NCBI GenBank assembly: GCA_040901985.1
Contig: JBBDYC010000003.1
Span: 124,443-154,397 of the forward strand
Length of the DNA stretch: 29,955 bases
Direction of reading: 5' to 3'
Source: Gemmatimonadaceae bacterium
GTDB lineage: Bacteria > Gemmatimonadota > Gemmatimonadetes > Gemmatimonadales > Gemmatimonadaceae
Part shown: positions 9,582-18,870 of the stretch, one piece after another
Layout: every line of letters begins with the position of its first letter
Numbering within the stretch: position 1 is the first letter of the stretch
The notes under the pieces: model-generated
Told to the model about the DNA's origin: nothing
The model's database searches: none
The model's input: only the letters and a program-made list of their open reading frames with translations
Translations under genes and position numbers: made by a program

Positions 9582-11200
9582 TGGCGCAACTCGACCGCCT
9601 CCTCTCCGTGATGATCTCCAACCGGGCCGACGAACTCCTCCTCAAGGAGGACCAGCCGGCGACGCTGTTGGTCGGGGGACAGGAACGCCCGGTGACCAAG
9701 GCGTTGACCGCCGCGCAGATCGTCGCCCTGCTCAAGGAGATCGCGCCGCCGCAGTCGGCCGCCGCCATCGAGGGCAAGCAGCCGACCAAGTTCCAGTATT
9801 CCAGCGAGGACGGCGTCTTCGCCGTCCGGGCGATGATCCAGGGGACGCTCCTCGTGGTGAACGCGCAGCTGGACCCCGACGGCGAGTTCCGGCGCTCGAC
9901 CGGGACGTTCAAGCCGGTGTCGCTGCCGGAGGACGCACTGGCGGCGTCGGCGGCGAGCGCCTTGCCGAACGTGGTGACAGCCGCCGCCGACCCCTCGCAG
10001 GCCCGCGAGGCAATGGAGAAGCTCCTGCGGATGCTCGTCGAGCAGGGGGCCTCGGACCTGCATATGCGCGTCACCGAGCCGCCGATCCTCCGCCGGAACG
10101 GCGAGATGCAACGGGTGGAAGGGCAACCCAAGCTCGACCCGGCGACGACGGAAGCGCTGCTCCGCTCGATCATGCCGGACCGGAATCTCACGGAGTTCGA
10201 CAAGACCAACGACACCGACTTCGCCTACGAAATCACCGGCGTGGCTCGCTTCCGCGCCAATGTGCTGCGCGAGCGCAAGGGCATCGCCGCGGTCTTCCGC
10301 GTCATCCCGAGCACGATCATCACCGCCGACCAGCTCGGGTTGTCGAATGAGGTGCAGAACCTCTGCTACCTCACGAAGGGTCTCGTGCTGGTCACCGGCC
10401 CGACGGGCTCGGGCAAGTCCACCACGCTCTGCGGACTCGTGGACCTGGTGAACCGGGCACGCGAGGACCACGTGATCACGATCGAGGACCCGATCGAGTT
10501 CGTGCACGAGAACAAGAACTGCATCATCACGCAACGGCAGGTGGGCGTCCACACCGGATCGTTCAAGAGCGCGCTCCGCGCCGCGCTGCGCGAGGACCCC
10601 GACATCATCCTCGTCGGCGAGCTCCGCGACCTCGAGACGGTCAGCATCGCCATCGAGACGGCCGAGACGGGGCACCTCGTCTTCGGCACGCTCCATACGA
10701 CGACCGCGGCGAGCACCATTGACCGCCTGATTGACCAGTTCCCGGCCGACCGGCAGGAGCAGGTACGGACGATGCTCTCGGAGTCGCTGAAGGGCGTGAT
10801 CTCGCAGGTGCTCTGCAAGAAGATCGGCGGTGGTCGCATCGCGGCGCGCGAGATCCTCCTCGTGACGCCGGCGATCTCGAACCTGATCCGCGAGGGGAAG
10901 ACCTTCCAGATCCCGAGCATCATCCAGACGTCCAAGCGGCTGGGGATGATCACGATGAACGACACGCTCCTCGACCTGGTCGAGAAGAAGCTGGTCGGGC
11001 CGAAGGAGGCCTATATGAAGTCGGTGGACAAGGCGTCGTTCGTGAACTCGCTCAAGGCGAAGAACTTCGACGTCAGCTTTGTCGAATCCGACCCGACCAT
11101 CGCGGCGGGCGCAGGCGGGGCGGGTGGTCCGGCGGGTCCAGGCGGCGGCGCCGGCCAGCAGAAACCGGGCGCGGCGAGGCCGGGGCCGGCGAAGCGCTGA
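9581..11200 (+). CDS. pilT: Type IV pilus retraction ATPase PilT family with an extra N-terminal domain
   Basis: GASDLH, RFRAN, Walker A GPTGSGKST, TIEDPIE, ALREDPDIILVGELRD, His box GHLVFGTLHT and AISNLIRE (AIRNLIRE-like). About 140 extra N-terminal residues. Confidence 0.93.
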   Translation: MAQLDRLLSVMISNRADELLLKEDQPATLLVGGQERPVTKALTAAQIVALLKEIAPPQSAAAIEGKQPTKFQYSSEDGVFAVRAMIQGTLLVVNAQLDPDGEFRRSTGTFKPVSLPEDALAASAASALPNVVTAAADPSQAREAMEKLLRMLVEQGASDLHMRVTEPPILRRNGEMQRVEGQPKLDPATTEALLRSIMPDRNLTEFDKTNDTDFAYEITGVARFRANVLRERKGIAAVFRVIPSTIITADQLGLSNEVQNLCYLTKGLVLVTGPTGSGKSTTLCGLVDLVNRAREDHVITIEDPIEFVHENKNCIITQRQVGVHTGSFKSALRAALREDPDIILVGELRDLETVSIAIETAETGHLVFGTLHTTTAASTIDRLIDQFPADRQEQVRTMLSESLKGVISQVLCKKIGGGRIAAREILLVTPAISNLIREGKTFQIPSIIQTSKRLGMITMNDTLLDLVEKKLVGPKEAYMKSVDKASFVNSLKAKNFDVSFVESDPTIAAGAGGAGGPAGPGGGAGQQKPGAARPGPAKR

Positions 11201-11233
11201 GGGGGCCCCTCCGTATCACCGAAGGTGTTCCGC

Positions 11234-11239
11234 TATATT
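11234..11239 (+). promoter_or_regulatory. Putative -10 element (TATATT) 8 nt upstream of the typA ATG
   Basis: TAnnnT hexamer in a GC-rich context with no strong Shine-Dalgarno before the ATG. Confidence 0.5.
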
Positions 11240-11247
11240 CCAAGGCT

Positions 11248-13083
11248 ATGCAGATTCGCAACATCGCCATCATCGCGCACGTGGACCACGGGAAGACGAC
11301 CCTCGTGGACCAGATGCTCCGGCAGGCCGGGGCGTTCCGCGCGAACCAAGTCGTCGCCGAGCGCGTGATGGACTCCAATCCGCTCGAACGGGAGCGGGGC
11401 ATCACCATCCTCGCCAAGAACACCTCGGTCCACTGGGGCGACACCAAGCTCAACATCGTGGACACGCCCGGGCATTCGGACTTCGGCGGCGAGGTGGAGC
11501 GGATCCTGCGGATGGTGGACGGCGTCCTCCTCGTCGTGGACGCCTTTGACGGGCCGATGCCGCAGACGCGCTTCGTCCTCCGCAAGGCGTTGGCCCTCGG
11601 GCGCACGGTCATCATCTGCATCAACAAGATCGACCGCCCGGGCGCCGAGCCGATGCGCGTCCACGAAGAGGTCCTCGACCTCCTGATCGAACTCGAGGCG
11701 AATGCCGACCAGCTCGACGCGCCGGTCGTCTATGCCTCGGGTCGTGACGGCGTCTCGACGATGGATATGGACGTGCCGGCGGTGGACCTGACGCCGCTCT
11801 TCGACACGATCGTTCGCCATGTGCCGGCGCCGCCCAGCGATGCCGCGGGCTCGTTCCAGATGTTGGTCTCGACGATTGACTACTCACCCTACCTCGGCCG
11901 CCTCGCAATCGGGCGGATCGAGCGCGGGACGGCGCACGTCGGCGACACGGTGCAGCTCCTCCCCGTGGACCACAACAAGAAGGGCACGCCGGGGCGCATC
12001 ACGAAGCTCTTTGGGTTCGAGGGGCTCGAGCGGATCGAGGTGCAGGAGGCGGTGGCGGGCGAGATCGTCGCGCTGGCCGGCCTCGAGGGCGTCGAGATCG
12101 GGCTGACGATCACCGACGCGGAGCATCCCGAGCGCCTCGAGGGGATCGCGGTCGAGGAGCCGACCATCTCGGTGGACTTCCTCGTGAACAACTCCCCCTT
12201 CGCCGGCAAGGATGGGAAGTATGTGACCTCGCGCCAGATCAAGGAGCGGCTCGAGCGCGAGCTGGAGCGCAACGTCGCGCTGCGGGTCGAGGACACCGAC
12301 TCCACCGACACCTGGACCGTCTCCGGACGCGGTGAACTCCACCTCTCAATCCTGATGGAGACGATGCGGCGTGAGGGCTACGAGTTCCAGGTCTCGCGGC
12401 CCCGGGTGATCACGCACACCGGTCCGAAGGGCGAGCGGCTGGAACCGTATGAGGAGCTCGCGATTGACGTCCCCGAGGAGTTCATGGGGATCGTCATTGA
12501 GAAGCTCGGCCAGCGAAAGGCGCAGATGATCGAGATGAAGAACCCCGGGATGGGGCTCGTCCGGATCGTCTACAAGATCCCGGCGCGCGGGCTCTTCGGG
12601 TATCGGTCGGAGTTCCTCACCGACACCCGCGGCACCGGAATCATGCACCACCGCTTCCTCGAATACGGACCGTGGGCGGGGACCCTCCAGGGGCGCCTCC
12701 GCGGCGTCCTGGTCTCGATGGAGGGGGGGACGATCATCGCCTTCGCCCTGGGGAACCTCCAGGACCGCTCGACCCTCTTCGTGGCGCCCGGCGACGAGGT
12801 CTATGAGGGGATGGTGGTCGGCGAGAATTCGCGGCCGGGGGACATGGACGTGAATCCGACGAAGGAGAAGAAGCTGACCAATATGCGGTCGAAGAGCGCC
12901 GACGACGCCATCCAGCTGGAGCCGCCCCGCCTGTTGACGCTGGAAGGGGCGTTGGAGTATATCGAGGACGACGAACTGATTGAGATCACCCCGACCGCGA
13001 TCCGGCTGCGGAAGCGCCGCCTTGGCGTGAGCGACCGCAAGCGGGTCAATCGGGTTGCGAAGAAGGAACGCGCGGCCTCGTAG
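11248..13083 (+). CDS. typA: Translational GTPase TypA/BipA
   Basis: IRNIAIIAHVDHGKTTLVD, ERERGITILAK, DTPGHSDFGGEVER, NKID, GRGELHLSIL.E.MRREGYE, KKLTNMRS and IEITP..IRLRK. Confidence 0.98.
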   Translation: MQIRNIAIIAHVDHGKTTLVDQMLRQAGAFRANQVVAERVMDSNPLERERGITILAKNTSVHWGDTKLNIVDTPGHSDFGGEVERILRMVDGVLLVVDAFDGPMPQTRFVLRKALALGRTVIICINKIDRPGAEPMRVHEEVLDLLIELEANADQLDAPVVYASGRDGVSTMDMDVPAVDLTPLFDTIVRHVPAPPSDAAGSFQMLVSTIDYSPYLGRLAIGRIERGTAHVGDTVQLLPVDHNKKGTPGRITKLFGFEGLERIEVQEAVAGEIVALAGLEGVEIGLTITDAEHPERLEGIAVEEPTISVDFLVNNSPFAGKDGKYVTSRQIKERLERELERNVALRVEDTDSTDTWTVSGRGELHLSILMETMRREGYEFQVSRPRVITHTGPKGERLEPYEELAIDVPEEFMGIVIEKLGQRKAQMIEMKNPGMGLVRIVYKIPARGLFGYRSEFLTDTRGTGIMHHRFLEYGPWAGTLQGRLRGVLVSMEGGTIIAFALGNLQDRSTLFVAPGDEVYEGMVVGENSRPGDMDVNPTKEKKLTNMRSKSADDAIQLEPPRLLTLEGALEYIEDDELIEITPTAIRLRKRRLGVSDRKRVNRVAKKERAAS

Positions 13084-13121
13084 GCCGGGCGCGCAGGGGA
13101 CCCTCTGGGAGAATCAGGACA

Positions 13122-13331
13122 ATGCCGGGCGATGACGGGCTCGAGAAACTCGACCTCAACGGAGTGGACGACGATGCCCTCGACGACGACCTCGACGACG
13201 ACGACCTCGACGACGAGGACGACCTTGACGACGACGAGGATGAGGACGACGACGACCTGATTGATCTCGACGACGAGTACGACGACGCCGACGAGGAGGA
13301 CCGGCCGCACCCGGGCAAGTTCGAGGAGTGA
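13122..13331 (+). CDS. Small hyperacidic protein (69 aa, 41 Asp/Glu)
   Basis: ATG preceded by GGAGA/AGGA, host-like codons (GAC, CTC, GAG), non-repetitive termini (MPGDDGLEKLDL...RPHPGKFEE). It fills the typA-tRNA gap. Confidence 0.7.
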   Translation: MPGDDGLEKLDLNGVDDDALDDDLDDDDLDDEDDLDDDEDEDDDDLIDLDDEYDDADEEDRPHPGKFEE

Positions 13332-13346
13332 GCGTCACGGGTTCGG

Positions 13347-13377
13347 TTGACCCCGGCCGCCGTTCCGGCTTTATTTC
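13347..13377 (+). promoter_or_regulatory. Putative sigma70 promoter for tRNA-Ile
   Basis: TTGACC at 13347, then an AT-rich TTTATTTC at 13370-13377. The -10 match is imperfect. Confidence 0.45.
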
Positions 13378-13389
13378 GAGATGCTGACC

Positions 13390-13463
<74 letters not shown>

Positions 13464-13471
13464 TTCCCTTG

Positions 13472-14329
13472 ATGACCGCCCTCGCCGACTACTTCGGCTC
13501 GATTCCCTCCGCGCACCGTGCGCTGATCCTCGTCGGGGGGATCACCTTCTTCTGGGTGCTCGAGAGCGCCGTCCCTCTCTTCCGCTTCGACTACCGGAAG
13601 TGGCGCCACGCGCTGGTGAACCTCTTCTTCACCGCCACCACCGTCGTCGTCAACTTCGGGCTCGCCTTCACGCTGTTGCTGGCGTCGGAGTGGGCGGTGG
13701 GCAACCGGTTCGGCGTGCTGTTCCTCGCGCCCGGCCTCCCGCTCGTCGTCCAGGCGCTGATTGGCCTCCTCCTGCTCGACCTCATCTCGGCCTGGTTCGC
13801 CCACTGGGTGCAGCACAAGACGCCGCTCCTCTGGAAGCTCCACCTGATCCACCACAGCGACACGCACGTGGACACGACCTCGGCCAATCGGCATCACCCG
13901 GGGGAGAGCGTGATCCGGTTCCTCTTCACGAGCCTTGCCACGGTGCTTGTCGGCGCGCCGCTCTGGATGGTCTTCCTCTACCAGGCGCTGAGCGTGGTGC
14001 TGAGCCAGTTCAACCACGCCAATATCTCGCTCCCGCGCGCGGTGGACCGCGTGCTCAGCTGGGTGATCGTCTCGCCGGACATGCACAAGGTCCACCACCA
14101 CTACGTGCTGCCGTACACGGACTCGAACTACGGCAACATCTTCTCGGCCTGGGACCGGCTCTTCGGGACATTTCAGACGCTGGACCGTGCGCAGCTCGTG
14201 TACGGGATTGACACGCACCGGGACCCGGCCGAGCACGGCGACGTGCGGGCGCTGCTGACGATGCCGTTCCGCCCCAAGCCGTCCGCCCGCAGCTGGGAGT
14301 CGCGGCCCGCCGCGGGCGCATCACCCTGA
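13472..14329 (+). CDS. Sterol desaturase / fatty acid hydroxylase family membrane protein
   Basis: His boxes HWVQH, HLIHHSD, RHHPGE, FNHAN, HKVHH and NYGNIFSAWDRLFGT; several TM segments. Confidence 0.92.
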   Translation: MTALADYFGSIPSAHRALILVGGITFFWVLESAVPLFRFDYRKWRHALVNLFFTATTVVVNFGLAFTLLLASEWAVGNRFGVLFLAPGLPLVVQALIGLLLLDLISAWFAHWVQHKTPLLWKLHLIHHSDTHVDTTSANRHHPGESVIRFLFTSLATVLVGAPLWMVFLYQALSVVLSQFNHANISLPRAVDRVLSWVIVSPDMHKVHHHYVLPYTDSNYGNIFSAWDRLFGTFQTLDRAQLVYGIDTHRDPAEHGDVRALLTMPFRPKPSARSWESRPAAGASP

Positions 14330-14408
14330 CGCATCGCCCACGGGTGACGCTCGGCAGTTCCGCACGGGTATCATCGGGGGAGTCGTACCGCCCCTTCGCC
14401 ACCCCCTG

Positions 14409-15983
14409 ATGCACTCCACTCGCCGCGCCGCCCTCGTCGGAGTCGCCTGCCTTGCCGTGCTCGGCGCCTGCGCCGTGGAGCGCCTGGCCGGGCCGCGCGA
14501 GGCCGGGGCGGTGAGCTGCGGTCACGGGGTGGTGCGAGTTGCCGTGGGGCAGGCGGTCATTCCCGCCAAGGGCGTGAAGCGCTGCGAGCTGGCGCCGGCG
14601 GCGGGGGCCGAGTACGCGCTCGCCTGGGTGGACACGCGCGCGATCACCGCGTCGCAGACCGGCATCGAGCCAATCCTCGATCAGTATCCGATCCGGATGA
14701 ACCTCACGGCCGCGGCCACGGCGCGCGGAGACGGCTCCGGCGACGCCTCCAGCAACGACGCGGGCGCCACGGACGCGCCGACCCCCGATGCCGACCACAC
14801 TCCGCTGCACGGTCCAGCGATCGAGCTGAGTTCGAGTGAGGTGGAGTCGGCCCGGCCGCGCCACCGCACGACCCCGTTGACCCTCGGCGAACTCTTCCTG
14901 CTGGACGATGGACTCGGCCCCCTGCCGCGCCCGGCGCGCGTCGTCCGCGTCTACCAGGACACCACCGTGGTGGTGCGCTGGGAAGAGGATCCGACGGACG
15001 GACTCAACGAGTTCCTCGCCCAGCTCGACACGGCGTACGCGACGTATCGCGCCCAGGCGCTGCCGATCCACCGGCACGCGTACGTGGACGCGATGCCGCG
15101 GTCCACCGGCGCCGGGCAGACGCTGATCATCCTGCAGCAGGACGTGCTCGTGCAGGGTCGGACCTTTGCCGAGGTCTCCGGCGACACGCTCTTCTCGTGG
15201 CTCGAGCTCCTGCCATTCCCGTACTTCAATTCGCACCGCCTCGCCCAGTTCCTCGCGCACGAGACGACGCACCTCTACCAGCGGATGTATCTGCACGCGT
15301 CGCGTCCGGAGCCGGGCATCGCCTCGACGTTGGGCGCCGCTTGGTGGGCGACCGAGGGGGCGGCGAACCTGGTGTCGTACGAGATGCTGCGTCGCATCGT
15401 GGGGATCGCGCCCAACGCCAACTACGACTGGCGCGCCCCGACGACGACGCTTCCGGCGGCGCACTTCGCCCAGCGCGCCCAGCCGGCGGGGGGCGTGATC
15501 ACGGCCGGTTTTGACCACGCGATGGGGTTCTTCCGTGACCTCACGCTCCGGCGGATGGGCGCCGGCGAGTCGGTGGAGCCCGCCCTGCGGGCGGTGCTCC
15601 GAGGCGCGAGCGAGGGGTGGTACGGTCGGGATGGCGTGACCCAACGGACCGGGCTCGTCGCGCGGATGCAGCAGGCCGTTGGCGCGCAGTGGAACCCCGC
15701 CGATGCATTGCTGACGTGGGCGCTCAGTCACGTGGGCGACGACCTGACGTCCAATCCGATCTATCAGGACCGCGCCTCGCTGCGGGTCTGGCAGCTCCCG
15801 GCGGGGCAGAGCTACGGCTGGCGGCCGGACGCCGTGCTCAGCGCCGACGCGCCGTACGTGCTCTTCTTCAAGTCGTACGGGAGTCCCGGATTCGTGCTCA
15901 TCCAGGACACCGGCGCCGGCCTCGACCTGACGGTCGAGGGGTTCAACGTGCCGGTCGCGTGGAAGGCCCTGCGGATCCGCTGA
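14409..15983 (+). CDS. Putative lipoprotein with HExxH zinc-metallopeptidase (gluzincin-like) motif
   Basis: Signal ending VLGAC; LAHETTHLYQ followed about 25 aa later by WWATEGAA. Confidence 0.65.
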   Translation: MHSTRRAALVGVACLAVLGACAVERLAGPREAGAVSCGHGVVRVAVGQAVIPAKGVKRCELAPAAGAEYALAWVDTRAITASQTGIEPILDQYPIRMNLTAAATARGDGSGDASSNDAGATDAPTPDADHTPLHGPAIELSSSEVESARPRHRTTPLTLGELFLLDDGLGPLPRPARVVRVYQDTTVVVRWEEDPTDGLNEFLAQLDTAYATYRAQALPIHRHAYVDAMPRSTGAGQTLIILQQDVLVQGRTFAEVSGDTLFSWLELLPFPYFNSHRLAQFLAHETTHLYQRMYLHASRPEPGIASTLGAAWWATEGAANLVSYEMLRRIVGIAPNANYDWRAPTTTLPAAHFAQRAQPAGGVITAGFDHAMGFFRDLTLRRMGAGESVEPALRAVLRGASEGWYGRDGVTQRTGLVARMQQAVGAQWNPADALLTWALSHVGDDLTSNPIYQDRASLRVWQLPAGQSYGWRPDAVLSADAPYVLFFKSYGSPGFVLIQDTGAGLDLTVEGFNVPVAWKALRIR

Positions 15984-16724
15984 CTAGAGCGGGCGATTCC
16001 CGGCGGGCGGCGTCGTGGTCGGCGCGGCGGACGTCTGGGTCGGGAGGATCTGGAACCGGAAGAGTTGCTCGGCCAGCTGTCGCACCGGACGATCGCCGAT
16101 GCGCGCCGGCGCGAACCGCATCGCCGGCATTGCGTCCTTCACCGCAATCGCGAACTCGGGGCGGGTGGTCACGAGGATGCGGACGGACATCAGGTCCACG
16201 CGGCCGGTGCTGTCCACCACGAACCGCATCGCCGCATAGCCCTCCACGCCCTGCTGCATCAGGTGCGGGGGATACGTCGGCGCGGCGCTATTCGGGTCGC
16301 GCTCGGCGGCGTGCTCGACCTCGACGACTGAGAAGGCGTTCTCGTACGCGTCGTCAGTGGGGTTGGCGAGCGCGTCGTCCGGGGTCTCCTCGCCGGTGAC
16401 GCTCGCCAGCGCCGACTCGCCGGGTCCGCTGCCCTTGGCGGGATTGCGCCCATCGTCGGTCCGTTCGGCGGTCAGGTCGCCGTCGCCGCCGCCGCTTGCC
16501 TCATAGCGAATCTGCAGCTGATTGGCCGACGAGACCACGTTGGGCGGGGCGATGTAGGTCAGCCCCTCGACGACCTCCTCCCACGAGTTGGCCACGTCGG
16601 CGTTTGCCGAGTGCTCCACGAGCAGGGCCACGACGACCGCGCCGTGCACACAGATGCTCGCGATCGTCCCCGGAGCCATTGCGAAGGGCGATGCGGACCT
16701 GGTCGGCTTCAGGAGGTCGAACAT
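15984..16724 (-). CDS. tonB: Energy transducer TonB family protein
   Basis: N-terminal TM with SxxxH (SICVHGAVV), acidic linker, TonB C-domain PTYP....QGVEG...RFVVDSTGRVD...F.PA...RPVRQ. SD-like GAGGT upstream. Confidence 0.85.
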   Translation of the reverse strand: MFDLLKPTRSASPFAMAPGTIASICVHGAVVVALLVEHSANADVANSWEEVVEGLTYIAPPNVVSSANQLQIRYEASGGGDGDLTAERTDDGRNPAKGSGPGESALASVTGEETPDDALANPTDDAYENAFSVVEVEHAAERDPNSAAPTYPPHLMQQGVEGYAAMRFVVDSTGRVDLMSVRILVTTRPEFAIAVKDAMPAMRFAPARIGDRPVRQLAEQLFRFQILPTQTSAAPTTTPPAGNRPL

Positions 16725-16747
16725 AGGCGTAGGTACCTCGTGGACGC

Positions 16748-17440
16748 TCAGGCGAGCAGGCGCCCTACTCCACTATAGAACGCCCAGATGCGCCGATGCA
16801 AGGCGACATCAATCAGGGTTGCGGGGTCACGGTCCGTGCTTCCGATCCAGACCCCACCCGCCGGATGTCGCGCCCCCGCCCGTCGGTCACGGAACAAGAG
16901 CTCATACCCGTAGATACCCCGGGACGCGAGATACGCGTCACGATTGGCGTCGTGGAGGACCACCATCCCCCCCGGCGCGAGGATGCGCGGCGCCCGGGCG
17001 ACGGCCACCGCGCGCGCCCGCCCGTCAATGAAAATCAGGTCGAACGGCCCGTCGCCATCGGCGGCGGCGAGGTACGTGGCGAACGATCGCTCGTCGCCGT
17101 CGCCGGTGAAGGCGGGGTCGTCCGGCGGTGCGTGCCGCACCGTCACCCCGGGGCGGTGCACCATCCCGACGAGCGAGCGCGCCCACGACGCGTCGTGTTC
17201 GATGGTCAGCCAGCGCGCCGCCGCCGGCAGGAGGTCGGGGAACTGCAGGGTGCTCATCCCGCCGCCGAGTTCGAGGCACCGCAGCGGCTGCTGGGCGCGA
17301 AGGAGGTCGCACACGATGTCCTCCTCGAACGGCCGCATCCACGGTGCATCGCGATGCCCGCGCAGGCGCTTGAGCACCCGCGTCCGATTCCGGCGCGCGA
17401 CTTGGGCGAGGATCATTCGGGCGACCGACCGTCGGGGCAT
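16748..17440 (-). CDS. Class I SAM-dependent methyltransferase (Methyltransf_24-like)
   Basis: PWM, LELGGGMST (motif I), TIEHDASW, FDLIFIDGRAR and GGMVVLHD. The start was set to the ATG at 17440. Confidence 0.8.
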   Translation of the reverse strand: MPRRSVARMILAQVARRNRTRVLKRLRGHRDAPWMRPFEEDIVCDLLRAQQPLRCLELGGGMSTLQFPDLLPAAARWLTIEHDASWARSLVGMVHRPGVTVRHAPPDDPAFTGDGDERSFATYLAAADGDGPFDLIFIDGRARAVAVARAPRILAPGGMVVLHDANRDAYLASRGIYGYELLFRDRRAGARHPAGGVWIGSTDRDPATLIDVALHRRIWAFYSGVGRLLA

Positions 17441-17504
17441 CGGCGGAAATCTATGGCCCGGCGTACATTGCGCATCGCCGAGGCGGGGGGATAAGCTCTC
17501 GCCC
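17441..17504. promoter_or_regulatory. Compact divergent promoter region with two leaderless-type -10 boxes
   Basis: Minus strand: TAGATT (17453-17448) 7 nt before the ATG at 17440. Plus strand: TTGCGC(17468)-18 nt-TAAGCT(17492), 7 nt before the GTG at 17505. Confidence 0.6.
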
Positions 17505-18824
17505 GTGAAACTCCGCCTCCCGCACCCATTCGTCCTGCTGCTCGGTGGGGTCGCGGTGGCCGCAGTCCTCACCTGGATCCTGCCGGCGGGCGCCTACGAC
17601 CGGGTGAGCGATGCCGAACTGGGTCGTGACGTGGTCGTCGCGGGGACGTATCACGCCGTGCCGGCCGCACCGGTGGGACTCCTTGCCGCACTGCTTGCCG
17701 TGCCGCACGGGATTGTGGCCGGCGCCGACGTGATCGTCACGATCCTCTTTGCGGGCGGGACCTTTGCCCTGCTCGACGCGACGGGCGCGCTGCGGCGACT
17801 CGTCGGCACGCTGGTCGGCCGGGCCCGGCGGCCGCGGACGACGGTGATCCTCGTCTCGCTCGTCTTCGCGACCTTCGGCGCGATGGAGAATATGCACGAG
17901 GAGATCATCGCCCTCGTGCCGGTGCTCGTGCTGCTCAGTCACGGGTTGGGGTTCGGCGCGGTCACGGCGCTCGCGATGAGTCTCGGCGCCGCGGTGGTCG
18001 GCTCGGCGTTCGGCCCGACGAATCCGTTCGGGACGGGAATCGCACTTCGGTTCGCCGAGTTGCCGCAACTGAGTGGCGGCGGCGTCCGGCTCGGCGTCCT
18101 CGTGGCGGCGGTGGCCGTCTGGATCGCCTGGACGCTGGCCAACACGCGGCGCGACGACGTGCGGCTCGAGATCGCGACCGACGTCGTGCCGCCGGCCACC
18201 GGTCGCGATTTTGCGCTGCTCGTGATTGCGGTCACGCCGGTGCTCATCTACGTGGCCGGCGTGCTGAGCGCCGGCTGGGGCTTCAACGAGCTCTCGGCGC
18301 TGTTCCTCGTGGCGGGGTTCGCGATCGGGATCGTCGCCGGGCGCACGATTGCCGACACGACCACGGAACTGATCCGCGGGATGGAGACGATGCTCGGCGC
18401 GGCGCTGTTTGTGGGCACCGCGCGCGGGATCAGCGTGGTGCTCGCCGACGGCCGGGTGATGGACACCATCGTCGCCGGTCTGGTCGCACCGCTGGCGCAC
18501 ATCCCGGCGCTCGCCGCCGCGGCGCTGATGGTGCCGGTGCACGCCCTGATCCACATCCCGGTGGCGTCGAACAGCGGCCAGGCGGTGCTGACGATGCCAA
18601 TTATGGGCCCCACGGCGGACCTCCTCGGGTTCAGCCGCGACGCGGCGGTGATGGCCTACCAGACCGGCGGGATGATGATGGACCTGGTGACGCCGACGAA
18701 CGGCGCGATGCTCGCGATGTTGCTCAAGGGCGGGGTGTCGTACTCGCGCTGGCTGCGCTTCGCGGTGCCGGGGATGCTGCTCGTGACGATCGTCGGCCTC
18801 GTGGGGATCGTGCTGCTGCTGTGA
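17505..18824 (+). CDS. YfcC / C4-dicarboxylate anaerobic carrier family transporter
   Basis: LPHPFVLL, LTWILPAGAYDR, GPTNPF, SNSGQAVLTMPIMGP.ADLLG.SR, AYQ.G, PTNG and Y.RWLRF; multiple TMs. Confidence 0.9.
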   Translation: MKLRLPHPFVLLLGGVAVAAVLTWILPAGAYDRVSDAELGRDVVVAGTYHAVPAAPVGLLAALLAVPHGIVAGADVIVTILFAGGTFALLDATGALRRLVGTLVGRARRPRTTVILVSLVFATFGAMENMHEEIIALVPVLVLLSHGLGFGAVTALAMSLGAAVVGSAFGPTNPFGTGIALRFAELPQLSGGGVRLGVLVAAVAVWIAWTLANTRRDDVRLEIATDVVPPATGRDFALLVIAVTPVLIYVAGVLSAGWGFNELSALFLVAGFAIGIVAGRTIADTTTELIRGMETMLGAALFVGTARGISVVLADGRVMDTIVAGLVAPLAHIPALAAAALMVPVHALIHIPVASNSGQAVLTMPIMGPTADLLGFSRDAAVMAYQTGGMMMDLVTPTNGAMLAMLLKGGVSYSRWLRFAVPGMLLVTIVGLVGIVLLL

Positions 18825-18870
18825 CGGGCGGCGTGGCGAGGGGTGACCACGCCCTCTAGTTTCACCCACG

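Noticed and set aside
11199..11211. Palindrome GAGGGGGCCCCTC after pilT as a terminator or operator
   Set aside because: Short GC-only stem with no U-tract; plausible by chance.
16944..17504. Long N-terminal extension of YfcC (and similar extensions for pdxA, ybbA, tesA and the class V enzyme)
   Set aside because: These extensions overlap neighbouring genes. Family similarity and promoter or overlap geometry support the shorter starts.
18830..18853. Hairpin GGCGTGG...CCACGCC after yfcC as an intrinsic terminator
   Set aside because: 7-bp stem with a 10-nt loop and no adjacent U-run; the evidence is insufficient.
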